From: Akkermansia sp.
GTDB lineage: Bacteria; Verrucomicrobiota; Verrucomicrobiia; Limisphaerales; SIBH01
DNA length: 57,344 nt
Direction: 5' to 3'
Assembly (NCBI GenBank): GCA_043757045.1
Contig: JAYVQC010000179.1
Location: forward strand, 1 to 57,344
Of this stretch, positions 15,442 through 26,576 are shown piece after piece. Positions within the stretch are counted from its first letter, which is position 1. Each line of letters starts with the position of its first letter. Under the pieces are notes generated by a model. It had not been told where the DNA came from and made no database searches. It worked only from the letters and a program-made list of their open reading frames with translations. The translations under genes and the position numbers were made by a program.

Positions 15442-16314
15442 ATGAACACACCGGTTTGCGAAGTGTGCGGCGGCACCGATTTCCGCCACCTGTTCCGCAA
15501 GGACGGGCACGAGTTTTATCGCTGCCGTTCCTGCCAGTTGATCCGCAGCCAGCCGCAGCCCACGGACGAGACGCTGGGAAACATTTACGGCGGAAAATAT
15601 TACAACGCCTGGGGCGTGCAGCACGACGCGGAGCGCGTGCTGGCGTTGAAGAAGGCGACCTTCCGGCAGCATGTCTTCAGCGCGGTGAACCTGCCGCCCG
15701 GCGCGCGGGTGCTCGATTGCGGCGCGGCCTTCGGCACGCTGATGACGGCGGCGCAGGAGATGGGATGGGAACCGTACGGCATCGAGCTGGCTGCCGAGGC
15801 GGCGGCGAAAATCGCGGAACGATTTGGCGCGGAGCGCGTGTTCTCCGGCCCCTTCGAGCAGGCGGTGTTTCCGCAACTGGGCGCGGCGGCGTTCGACGCG
15901 GTGTTCATGTGCGATTTCATCGAGCATGTGCGCGACCCGGTGGCGGTGTTGAAAAAGGCCGCGAGCCTGCTGCGTCCGGGCGGCTGTCTGGTCATGACCA
16001 CGCCGGACGGCGGCTCGCTCTCGTGCCGCGCGCTGGGCGCGAGCTGGCCGCATTACAAGGTCGAGCACATTTTCTATTTCAACCGCCGGAACGCCGCGGC
16101 GTTGCTGGAACGCGCCGGCTTCCAACTCGAGCAGACGGGGGCCGCGCACAAAGTTTTGAGCTTCGACTACATCCAGCACCAGTTTAACACCTACCCACGC
16201 GCGGTGGTCACTCCGGCGCTCAACGCGCTGGCGACCCTGAGCACCGCCGCCGCGCGGAGCCGTCCACGCTCCTTCTCTTTTGGCGAGATGATTGTCGTGG
16301 GGAAAAAATTGTGA
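15442..16314 (+). CDS. class I SAM methyltransferase with N-terminal Zn ribbon
   Basis: CxxC...CxxC, VLDCGAAFG, IEHVRDP, LRPGG. Confidence 0.88.
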   Translation: MNTPVCEVCGGTDFRHLFRKDGHEFYRCRSCQLIRSQPQPTDETLGNIYGGKYYNAWGVQHDAERVLALKKATFRQHVFSAVNLPPGARVLDCGAAFGTLMTAAQEMGWEPYGIELAAEAAAKIAERFGAERVFSGPFEQAVFPQLGAAAFDAVFMCDFIEHVRDPVAVLKKAASLLRPGGCLVMTTPDGGSLSCRALGASWPHYKVEHIFYFNRRNAAALLERAGFQLEQTGAAHKVLSFDYIQHQFNTYPRAVVTPALNALATLSTAAARSRPRSFSFGEMIVVGKKL

Positions 16315-17624
16315 GCGAAGCGCTCAGCAAAACATCTTCCCCCGCCCGCGCTTCCTGGACCAGCGAGGTCGCCGCGCGCCGCCTGCTGTGGACGATCTTT
16401 TTTCTGTTCGCGCTGGTCCAGGTGTGGCGGCTCCATTCCCTCGGCAACGATCTGGGGACGGACGTGCATTCGGAGTCCGACGCGCTGCGTTCGGCGGACG
16501 CGTATGCCCGCGAGGGGCTGTGGTCGCATCATGGGCTGCCGAGGATTTTGCACGGCGCGCTGTTTCCCAAGGTCGGCACGGTTCTCGACCACACGGACGC
16601 CAGCGGGCTGGTGCCGGAAAAATTTCGGAAGGGTTTCCCGGCCGGCCTGGCTCATCGCGACGCGTGGGTTTACACGCATTATCCGCCGGGGCCGAATCTG
16701 CTCTGCGGGCTGTGGGCGAAGATTTGCGGGCTGGAACGGCTCTGGGTGTTGCGGCTGTTTCCGCTGGTTTTCGGACTGGGCGCGGTCGCGTTTTTTTTCT
16801 GGGCGCTGGCGCGGGCTTTTGATCCAGCGCGGGCGCTCGTCTTGGCCGGGGCGTGCGCGGTGTTGCCCATGTTTGGCGCTTACTTGATCGGGCTGCACTA
16901 TCAAGGCTACTCGCTGGCGCTGCTGCTGGTGCAACTAGCCTTGCTGCTGCGGATTTTCAGGGGCCGGAACCGCTGCGGTGCCGGGCTGGGCGCGGCGTTT
17001 TTCACGCTGGGCTTTCTCCAAGGCTGGCTCTCGTTTGATCAATTTTTTGTGGTGAGCCTGCTGGCCGTGCCGTTTTGGTGCCTGCGCCGCGAGGAGGGAG
17101 ACGCGCCTTCGTTCAAACTGCTGCTGTGGCTGGTGGCGTTGCCGTCGGCGGGTTTTATTTTGGCTCACGGCCTGCATTTTCTCCAAGTCGCGGCGGAACT
17201 GGGCGGACTGCGGGCGGCGCTGGGCGAGTTCCACGCCACCGCCGCTGAGCGTGCGGGCACGACCGGCGGCGAATTCACGCGTTATCATCAGTTCCTGGGC
17301 CGGGCCGTGTATCTTTATTTTCGCGACACGGTGAAACCCACGAACGCGCATTTTGGACCGTTGATCCTGCTCGCCGCCGGGTGGGTCACGGTGCTGGCCG
17401 CTCGCGGCCGGAAACTGCCCTGGCGCGCGCTGACCGCGGCGTTGGTCATCTCCGTTCTTTGGATGCTCTTCATGCCGCAGCATGCGGTGAGCAACCTGCA
17501 CGTCTCCATCCGCCATCTGTTCGTGTTCTATTTTTTCCTGCTGCTGGTGGTGGCGGGCGGCGGGACGAGGCGGTCGATGGCTCCCCCACAGACTGATTTG
17601 TCCGTTCGTTCAACCGGTGGTTGA
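16311..17624 (+). CDS. multi-pass membrane protein, possibly a GT-C-type glycosyltransferase
   Basis: Many hydrophobic helices and a YTHYPPGP loop motif. Overlaps the previous stop. Confidence 0.6.
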   Translation: MSEALSKTSSPARASWTSEVAARRLLWTIFFLFALVQVWRLHSLGNDLGTDVHSESDALRSADAYAREGLWSHHGLPRILHGALFPKVGTVLDHTDASGLVPEKFRKGFPAGLAHRDAWVYTHYPPGPNLLCGLWAKICGLERLWVLRLFPLVFGLGAVAFFFWALARAFDPARALVLAGACAVLPMFGAYLIGLHYQGYSLALLLVQLALLLRIFRGRNRCGAGLGAAFFTLGFLQGWLSFDQFFVVSLLAVPFWCLRREEGDAPSFKLLLWLVALPSAGFILAHGLHFLQVAAELGGLRAALGEFHATAAERAGTTGGEFTRYHQFLGRAVYLYFRDTVKPTNAHFGPLILLAAGWVTVLAARGRKLPWRALTAALVISVLWMLFMPQHAVSNLHVSIRHLFVFYFFLLLVVAGGGTRRSMAPPQTDLSVRSTGG

Positions 17625-19142
17625 AGAGGCGGGCTGCAGCGAGAGCGTGCGGCGAAACACGACGGGTTGCGGGCTGCGGGCCGCCTTGCGGCAGACACCT
17701 TTGTTCAAGGCCACGCTCAGGGCGATCGTGCCGGTGAAGGTCGTGATCTCACCGCCGAAATCGCCGAAAGCCGTCATGAAGAACAGCGTGCGCCCGATAA
17801 AATACGCGAGCAGAAAACGGTTGATGGTCCGCAATTCCTCGTCGCCGTTCCGGTAATTGAAATAGAGAGAACGTATCGAGACTCCAAGGAAGATGAGGAA
17901 CGCCACGCAGCCGGGCGCACCGAAAGGCACATACAAGGTCAGTGGCCCGCTGTGATAGCTGCCCGACTGCAAGGCCACCTCGTGCTGGGAGACGCGATGC
18001 CGGTGCTGCGCCTCCTGGACGAGATACAAGTCGGTGGGGTTGAGCGTGTAGCCTTTGCCGAGCCAGAAATACTTCGGCAAATCCGGCAGCAAGGCCCGCC
18101 AAATTTGCAGACGCCACTCGATGGACGAGTCCGCGTTGGCCCGGACGACCGGGTTGATGTCGAGGGGCAGAAAACTCAGCGAGCGCTGCATCGAGAAAGG
18201 CAGATTCGGAGCGAGAGGAATCAGCGCGGCGAAGGCCAGCAGCCCCAGCCCGCACAGCACGGGAAACAGACGGGATCGGAACAAGCCTTCCAGATAAAAC
18301 AAAATCAGAAAAATAAGGCCAACCAGCACAATCACGGACCGGTAGCCACCCATCAAGCCCAGGCCCAGCAGTCCGATCAGCAGCAATAGACGCCACCATC
18401 TTGAGAACACCCCCCGGATGCCATGCACGCACAGCATGTAAAAACAAAACGCCACCGTCCCCGTGCTGAAACCCGCCACCCGCGACATCGAGCCGGACGT
18501 TTCCGAGATGGCCTGCACGCTGGCGAAGCCGGCGGGGAAGACAAGATACAAAAAATAAAAGGACGGACCCGCAAAGTAGATGAGGCTGCTGACAATGCTG
18601 ATCAGCGTGGACAGAAAAAACAGGCCCACATACAGCTTCGCCTTCTCGACCGGGATGCTCAGGCTGGTGATGCCAAAATACCCGACGATGCCGGCCAGCA
18701 GCAGGATGTATGTTTTCCCGCCCACTGTGGAACTGCCCATGATGTTCAGGCCGATGCCTCCGCGCAACCAGGCCGTGACCAGAATGACGGCTCCAAGCAG
18801 CAGCAGGGAAAAAGTGATGGCAGGCGCTGAAACGAACGCCTGACGTTTGAGAATGATCCGATGCAAAACCGCAACACTCACCGCGATCAGGGACATGAAC
18901 ATCCACAGCGCCGGCTGGCCCGGCAGAAAAAACAGCGTAATGAAGGACGACCAACTGAAAATAAGCACCGGGTGATGCCACTTCAGCAATAACGGCAGCA
19001 GCAGCACAAAGATGATCCCCGCGAAGACCGCGAAGGAGGTTTTGTCGAAGTCCGCCAAGTCCACCGTCATCCACCCCACCATCACTGCCAGCGGCAGGAT
19101 GACGGCATAGATGACCAAGGTTCGGAGCAAGGTGCTGTTCAC
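17610..19142 (-). CDS. O-antigen polymerase/ligase-like membrane protein (Wzy/WaaL-like)
   Basis: About 12 TM segments, S.EWRLQIW, WLGKG, YHSG...FG..G. Likely GTG start at 19142 after a TACCGT -10-like box. Confidence 0.75.
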   Translation of the reverse strand: MNSTLLRTLVIYAVILPLAVMVGWMTVDLADFDKTSFAVFAGIIFVLLLPLLLKWHHPVLIFSWSSFITLFFLPGQPALWMFMSLIAVSVAVLHRIILKRQAFVSAPAITFSLLLLGAVILVTAWLRGGIGLNIMGSSTVGGKTYILLLAGIVGYFGITSLSIPVEKAKLYVGLFFLSTLISIVSSLIYFAGPSFYFLYLVFPAGFASVQAISETSGSMSRVAGFSTGTVAFCFYMLCVHGIRGVFSRWWRLLLLIGLLGLGLMGGYRSVIVLVGLIFLILFYLEGLFRSRLFPVLCGLGLLAFAALIPLAPNLPFSMQRSLSFLPLDINPVVRANADSSIEWRLQIWRALLPDLPKYFWLGKGYTLNPTDLYLVQEAQHRHRVSQHEVALQSGSYHSGPLTLYVPFGAPGCVAFLIFLGVSIRSLYFNYRNGDEELRTINRFLLAYFIGRTLFFMTAFGDFGGEITTFTGTIALSVALNKGVCRKAARSPQPVVFRRTLSLQPASSTTG

Positions 19143-19311
19143 AAGGCCGCGACGGTAGCGGAGCGCGCGCGGCCCGACAAAAAGATTCTTCAACTCCAGT
19201 TTGCTGAATCGCTGTTTGCTTTTTTCCAGAGCTTTATGGGATCAATCCGCCGCTCACGACAGCAACCAAACGCCGCGGTGCATCGCGGCCGGCCTGGCGT
19301 GCCACGACAAC

Positions 19312-21006
<1,695 letters not shown>

Positions 21007-21031
21007 GCCGGGGGTCGCCACGCGTACCACC

Positions 21032-22201
21032 ATGAAAGTCGCGTGGATTTCTGATTTTCCCATCGAGTGGATGGCGGACTTGCCCGCCGAGTTGCGCCAT
21101 CTCCCGCGCGAGCATCCGGCGACGTGGGCGATGGTGCTGCTGGAGGAATTTCAAAAACGCGCGGACCTGCAACTGCACATCCTCGTGCTGCGGAAAAAGA
21201 TCGCGCGCGATTTCACGTTCACGCGCGGGAACGCCACCTTCCACATTCTGAAAGTGCCGCCCGCTTCACGCGCGCCGTCCGTGTTCTGGGTGGATACTTT
21301 TTTACTCGGACGCAAGTTGCGGAAAATCCAGCCGGACCTCGTTCACGCCTGGGGGACGGAACGCGGCGCAGGACTCATCGCCGCGCGACTGGGCTATCCG
21401 TATCTCGTCACCATTCAGGGGCTGCTGACGTGGTATCAGCAGCTCGTGCCGCTCGGGCGTTACGAACGCTTCGCCACTTTTCTGGAACGCGCGAGCCTCA
21501 AACGCGCGCGGCTGGTCACGACGGAATCCACCTTTGCCGTGAACTTTCTGCGCGAGCGGTATCCGCGGTTGAAGATTCACCAGGCGGAGCACGCGGCGAA
21601 CTGGCGTTTCCACCGCGTGACGCGCCAGCCGCAGACCACGCCGATGCGGTTGCTCTCCGTCGGCACGCCGGGCTTTCGCAAAGGCACGGACCTGTTGCTG
21701 GCCGCACTGGACCGATTGACCGGCGAGTTCAATTTCGAGCTGACGATGGTCGGCACGGTGAGCGGCGCGTATTTCGAGGCTGAGTGCGCGAAGGTTTCTC
21801 CCGAGCTGCGTCGCCGCATGGTCTTTCGGAAAAATTTGTCACCGCTCGAAGTCGCGGAGGAAATGGCGCGCGCCACCCTGCTCGTGCTGCCGACGCGCGC
21901 GGACACCAGTCCAAACGCGGTGAAGGAAGCCGTGGTGGCCGGCGTGCCGGTCGTGGCCAGCGCCATCGGTGGCGTGGTGGATTACGTGGTGCCGGAGAAG
22001 AACGGGCTGCTCTGCGCGGCGAATGACGTGGCGAGTCTGACGGAACAGTTGCGCCGCGCCTGCGCGCATCCGCTGTTCTCGTGCGGCGAGGTGGACGCCG
22101 CGACGCTGGCGAAAATGCGGGACTACCTTTCGCCGCGCGAAATGGACCGCCGCTTCTTCGCGGCCTACGAGGACACGCTGGCGTTGGGGAGGGACGCATG
22201 A
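21032..22201 (+). CDS. glycosyltransferase family 4
   Basis: PDLVHAWG, RKG.DLLL.A, DTSPNAVKEA...GVPVVAS.IGG. Confidence 0.88.
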   Translation: MKVAWISDFPIEWMADLPAELRHLPREHPATWAMVLLEEFQKRADLQLHILVLRKKIARDFTFTRGNATFHILKVPPASRAPSVFWVDTFLLGRKLRKIQPDLVHAWGTERGAGLIAARLGYPYLVTIQGLLTWYQQLVPLGRYERFATFLERASLKRARLVTTESTFAVNFLRERYPRLKIHQAEHAANWRFHRVTRQPQTTPMRLLSVGTPGFRKGTDLLLAALDRLTGEFNFELTMVGTVSGAYFEAECAKVSPELRRRMVFRKNLSPLEVAEEMARATLLVLPTRADTSPNAVKEAVVAGVPVVASAIGGVVDYVVPEKNGLLCAANDVASLTEQLRRACAHPLFSCGEVDAATLAKMRDYLSPREMDRRFFAAYEDTLALGRDA

Positions 22202-22230
22202 AGTGGGCACATCTTGCCGGTCCTACCACT

Positions 22231-22341
22231 GGAGCGCGGGCGTCCCGCCCGCCGGACGGCACGAAAGACATTCGCACTCCCCGCGCCTGCTGGGCGGAGG
22301 GGCGTCTGGTTCCATTCGGGCGGGCGGGACGCCCGCGCTCC
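22231..22341. repeat. REPIN-like element, family B variant (GGAGCGCGGGCGTCCCGCCCGC and reverse complement)
   Basis: ~22-bp terminal inverted repeat, intergenic between two GT4 genes. Confidence 0.88.
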
Positions 22342-22391
22342 GTCGGGCCAAGGATGGCGTTCCATTCCAAAACCATTTCCCCTCTGCGGCC

Positions 22392-23672
22392 ATGAAACTC
22401 GCGCTCTGTCTGGAGTATCCCATCGAGCAGCCCGGCGGCACGGAGGTGCTGGTGCGCGAGCTGATTCACGGACTGGCGGCGCGGCATCAGATCGTGCTCG
22501 TGTCCGGCGACAGCGCGGAATCTTTGCGCGCGTCCTCGGTGGCCGACAAAATTGTGGCGCATCTGCCGTGGGATTTGACGGCGGTGACGCGCGAAAAATC
22601 CCGCTCCTTGGCCACCGCGTTGCACAAGCAGAAGATTGACCTCGCGCATTTTCATTTCGGCGGCAACTACGCGTGGGGCAACCGCCTGTTCAACGTCTGT
22701 CCCGTCATTTACCTCGACCGCCTCGGCACGCCGTGTCTCGCCACCAACCACGGCGTGTTCGGTTTGTGGGAAGGCTACATCGGGGCGCAACGCCCGTGGT
22801 TCGTGAAGGCCGCGCTGCTTCCGCCCGCGTGGGCCAGCAAGCTGCAAATGCTCGCGCATCTCCGCGCCGAAATCGCCGTGTCGCAGGCGGACTGGCGCAC
22901 GCTGCGCCGCCGCTACTGGCCGGCGCGCGGGAAGTTTCTCCAGATTTATCACTCGCGAATTCAAGAGCACGAAGCGTCGGCTGATCCGGCAGTGGGACAG
23001 GCGCCCCCGCCTGTCTTTAGTCCTGCAAGCGCCCCCGCTTGCAGACCAGCAGGCGAGGGCGCCCGCTCCACTACGACTGGCGGGGGCGCCAGTCCCACTA
23101 GCCAAGTGCGTGCGCGCAAAAAAATAATCCTCTGCGCCGGCACGCTCGGACCGCGCAAGGGCCAGCCGTATCTCGCCCGCGCCTTCGCGAAAATTGCCGC
23201 CGAGTTTCCCGAGTGGAAATTAGTTTTCATCGGACGCCCCGGCGACGCGCAGACCACCGCGGAGTTGGAGGAATTGTTGCGCGGTCCCGCGCTGCGCGAT
23301 CAGGCCGAGTGGCGGTCCACGTGTTCGGACGCGGAACTGCGCGAGTGGCTGGCGGGCGCGGAAATTTTCGCCATGCCCTCGATGCACGAGGGGCTGGGGC
23401 TGTCGTTGCAGGAGGCGCTGTATTCCGGCTGCGCCTGCCTCGCCACGCGCATTGGCGGAATTCCTGATTTGATTCAAGAGGGTGACAACGGAATACTCGT
23501 CGAACGCGCGAATGTAGATGAGATGAGTAACGCCCTGAAACAACTGATGAGCGACGACGCCCTGCGGGTCCGTCTCCGCGCGCAGGCTCGCGCGTCGGTT
23601 TTGGAAAAGGGCATGACGGCCCCGCGCATGGTGGCGCGGCACGAGGAGCTTTACCGCTCGCTACTCACCTGA
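22392..23672 (+). CDS. glycosyltransferase family 4 with an in-frame palindrome-derived insert
   Basis: Start ATG 22392 (MKLALCLEYPIEQPGGTE). RKG, EGLGLSLQEA..SG, T.IGGIPDLI..G.NG. Confidence 0.88.
   Translation: MKLALCLEYPIEQPGGTEVLVRELIHGLAARHQIVLVSGDSAESLRASSVADKIVAHLPWDLTAVTREKSRSLATALHKQKIDLAHFHFGGNYAWGNRLFNVCPVIYLDRLGTPCLATNHGVFGLWEGYIGAQRPWFVKAALLPPAWASKLQMLAHLRAEIAVSQADWRTLRRRYWPARGKFLQIYHSRIQEHEASADPAVGQAPPPVFSPASAPACRPAGEGARSTTTGGGASPTSQVRARKKIILCAGTLGPRKGQPYLARAFAKIAAEFPEWKLVFIGRPGDAQTTAELEELLRGPALRDQAEWRSTCSDAELREWLAGAEIFAMPSMHEGLGLSLQEALYSGCACLATRIGGIPDLIQEGDNGILVERANVDEMSNALKQLMSDDALRVRLRAQARASVLEKGMTAPRMVARHEELYRSLLT
22989..23101. repeat. REPIN-like element, family A copy 2, in frame inside the GT4 gene
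   Basis: AGTGGGACAGGCGCCCCCGCCTGTC is identical to 2409..2433. Ends in GTCCCACTA. Confidence 0.9.
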
Positions 23673-23688
23673 TGATTTTTTCAACCGC

Positions 23689-24477
23689 ATGGTAAAAGCC
23701 CTTCGCTCCCTCGCCCGCCGGCATCTGCCCGAGCCGTTCCGCAAGAAGCTGGGGAACCTGCTCGGCCCGCTGGAGCATCGTGTGGCCAAGCCCCTCCAAG
23801 GTTGGCTCTTCGATTTGCGGGGCGGACAGTTTCGCGCGGACGGCTGCGTGTTCGACATTCCGAAGCACCTGACCACGCGCACGTACCGCTCGTGTTTTCT
23901 GGATGCGGATTACGAGGACGACGAGCGCGCGCTGATCAAACGCTTCCTGCGGCCGGACGACACGGTGCTGGAATGCGGCGCGTGCCTGGGCATTGTCTCC
24001 TGCGTCACCAACTCGCTGCTCCGCGACAAAACGCGGCACGTCGTGGTGGAGGCGAATCCGAAAGTCATTCCCTCGCTCTACCGCAACCGCGAGTTGAACA
24101 AGGCCGGCTTCCTCATCGAGCACTGCGCGGTGAGCAACCGGAGCGAGGAAACATTTTATCTGCACCCACATTTTATCGTGGGCGGCACGTCGCAGCGCGC
24201 GACCAACGAGGCGGTGCGGCTGCCGGGGCGCTCGGTGCGCGAACTGGACGCGCGCTACGGGCCGTTCACCGCGCTGATCATGGACGTGGAGGGGAGCGAA
24301 CTGGACGCCTTTGCGGCCGCGCGCGAGGTGCTGGCCCGCACCCGGCTCGTCATTGTCGAGATGCACCCGTGGGCCATCGGCGAGCCGGCGGTGCAAGAGT
24401 GCCGGGACCTTCTGACCGCGGCGGGATTGTGCCAGGTCGGAACGGCGGGCTACACCGAGGCGTGGCAGCGGGGCTGA
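23689..24477 (+). CDS. FkbM-family methyltransferase
   Basis: YE..E, VLECGACLG, VEANP, MDVEGSE. Confidence 0.88.
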   Translation: MVKALRSLARRHLPEPFRKKLGNLLGPLEHRVAKPLQGWLFDLRGGQFRADGCVFDIPKHLTTRTYRSCFLDADYEDDERALIKRFLRPDDTVLECGACLGIVSCVTNSLLRDKTRHVVVEANPKVIPSLYRNRELNKAGFLIEHCAVSNRSEETFYLHPHFIVGGTSQRATNEAVRLPGRSVRELDARYGPFTALIMDVEGSELDAFAAAREVLARTRLVIVEMHPWAIGEPAVQECRDLLTAAGLCQVGTAGYTEAWQRG

Positions 24478-24484
24478 CGCGCGC

Positions 24485-25642
24485 ATGAACGCCCGCCCGA
24501 AATTTGTCGTCGCCACGCCCAGCCGCTCGGTGTGCGATGACAACGCGCGCGCCCTGTCGCGCGCGGACGCGCTGCGCTTCCTCGCGCTCGGCACGCGGCG
24601 CGGCACCGCGGGCGTGCCGGCGGAGCAGACGCGTCTGCGCCCCATCTACGGTCTGCTGAATTACGCGGCGGTGAAATGTTGTTCGCAGTTCCGCGCCGAG
24701 TCCTTCCGTTTCTCGATGCTGCCGTCGTTTGATCGCTGGGTGAAAAAGCAGCTCACGCCCGGCGACCACATCCTCTCCAGCTTTGGCTACGCCAACGAGT
24801 CGTTCCGCTGGGCGCGCGAACACGGCGGAAAAACTTTTCTCGATGGCGGCAATTCTCACCCAGCCCACTTCTGGGAATTGTTGAGCGAGGAGCACAAACG
24901 ATGGAACTGCGCGCTGCCGCCCGTCTCTCCGCAGTGGAACCGCCGCGCGCGGGAGATGATGCCGCAGGTGGATTACGTGCTCTCGCCCAGTTCGTTTGTC
25001 ACGCGCTCGTTTCTCGAACGCGGGTTCAAGCCGGAGCAAATCCTGCGCAACATTTATCCGGTGGATCTGTCGCGCTTCGCGCCCGCCGCCACGCCGCGTC
25101 CGAAGCACCGCCCGCTCACCGTCGTGTCCACCGGCGGGCTGTCGCTGCGCAAGGGCGCGCCGTATTTGCTCGAAGCGTTGCGGCTCGTGCATCAGCGGCA
25201 TCCTTCGGCGCGGTTTCTGTTGTCACGTCTGATCGCGGACAGCGCCGCGCCCATCGTGGCGCAGTATGCCGACCTACCCATTGACTGGGCACCGGGCCTC
25301 TCGCACGCGGAACTGGCCGCGCGCCTGCAAAGCGCGGACGTGTTCGTGCTGCCCTCGCTGGAGGAAGGACTCGTCCGCACCGCGCTGGAGGCGATGGCCT
25401 GCGGGCTGCCCGTGGTGCTGACGCCGAACACGGGCGCGAACGACTTCGTGCGCCCCGGCGTGAGCGGCTCGGTGGTGCCAATCCGCGACGCGCGCGCGAC
25501 GGCGGACGCGATCCTCGAATGGGGCGACCGGGCGCTGGCCGCGGACGCGCCGCCGCAAAGATTGATTGATGCGGAGGTTCTTTCCTTCGCACATTTCGAG
25601 CGTGAGTTCATCGCCCAACTGAAAGACCGCGACCTTCTTTGA
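24485..25642 (+). CDS. glycosyltransferase family 4
   Basis: SLRKG.PYLLEA, DVFVLPSLEEGL....LEAMACGLPVV. Confidence 0.9.
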   Translation: MNARPKFVVATPSRSVCDDNARALSRADALRFLALGTRRGTAGVPAEQTRLRPIYGLLNYAAVKCCSQFRAESFRFSMLPSFDRWVKKQLTPGDHILSSFGYANESFRWAREHGGKTFLDGGNSHPAHFWELLSEEHKRWNCALPPVSPQWNRRAREMMPQVDYVLSPSSFVTRSFLERGFKPEQILRNIYPVDLSRFAPAATPRPKHRPLTVVSTGGLSLRKGAPYLLEALRLVHQRHPSARFLLSRLIADSAAPIVAQYADLPIDWAPGLSHAELAARLQSADVFVLPSLEEGLVRTALEAMACGLPVVLTPNTGANDFVRPGVSGSVVPIRDARATADAILEWGDRALAADAPPQRLIDAEVLSFAHFEREFIAQLKDRDLL

Positions 25643-25643
25643 T

Positions 25644-26576
25644 ATGCGCTACCGACTCCGAATGCTGGCCGTGCGGGTGACAAGCTGGATTCCCGTCTGG
25701 CTGTTGCGCGCGTTCTTTAAAAGTTTCGACCTGCGCCCCGCCATCGCGGAGGCCGCGGGCTACAACGTGATCGAGCGGACTTTTTACACGCCCATACCGG
25801 ATGTGAAGACCATTGACATGGCGCGCATCCGCGCCAAACGCGAGCTGCCCGGCGTTGATTTGAATTTCCCCGGCGCGGCGGAAACGCTGGCGCGGCTGGC
25901 CCCGCGCACGCAGGAACTCGACGCGATCCCGGAGCACGAAACGCCCGGCACGCCGTTCTGGTTCGACAACGGTTCTTTCACGCACTTCGACTCCGCCGTG
26001 CTCTACACGATGCTGCGCGAGCTGAAGCCCAAGCGGTACATTGAGGTCGGCTGCGGCTTCAGTTCGCTGGTCAGCGCGGCGGCGTTGCAGAAAAACATCG
26101 CCGAGGGGCATCCGTGCCGTGCGACCTACATTGACCCCGAGCCGCGGCTGGACTTGCGCGAGAAACTGGGTTTCGCCGAGCTGCTGCTGCTGCCGATTCA
26201 AAGCGTGCCGCTGAACACCTTTCGCGAACTGGAGCCGGGCGACGTTTTGTTCATTGACACCAGCCATGTTCTGAAACTGCAGGGCGACGTGGAGTATGAA
26301 CTGGTTCACATGGTGCCCGCGTTGCGCGTCGGCGTGTGGGTTCACATTCACGACATTTTCACACCCTACGATTATCCCGAGGACTGGCTGACCAAGCATC
26401 TGCGCTTCGTGGGCAATGAGCAGTATGTGGTGGAATGCCTGCTCAGTGGCGGCGACCGTTTCCGCGTGGAACTGCCGCTCTACGCCCTGTGGCAGGATCT
26501 GCGGGAGCCGCTGCGACAGTTTTTCCCGCGCGGCCACACCCGTCCGCAGAGCTTCTGGATCCGTCGCGTCGCATGA
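25644..26576 (+). CDS. class I SAM methyltransferase (Methyltransf_24-like)
   Basis: PKRYIEVGCGFSS, DVLFIDTSHV, HIHDIF.P.DYP, NEQY. Confidence 0.85.
   Translation: MRYRLRMLAVRVTSWIPVWLLRAFFKSFDLRPAIAEAAGYNVIERTFYTPIPDVKTIDMARIRAKRELPGVDLNFPGAAETLARLAPRTQELDAIPEHETPGTPFWFDNGSFTHFDSAVLYTMLRELKPKRYIEVGCGFSSLVSAAALQKNIAEGHPCRATYIDPEPRLDLREKLGFAELLLLPIQSVPLNTFRELEPGDVLFIDTSHVLKLQGDVEYELVHMVPALRVGVWVHIHDIFTPYDYPEDWLTKHLRFVGNEQYVVECLLSGGDRFRVELPLYALWQDLREPLRQFFPRGHTRPQSFWIRRVA

Noticed and set aside
22203-22391. N-terminal extensions in the ORF track (22203, 12886, 19201, 26435, 35200, 40690, 49332, 49391)
   Set aside because: They run through repeats or upstream genes. Family homology and promoter-like boxes begin at downstream ATGs.
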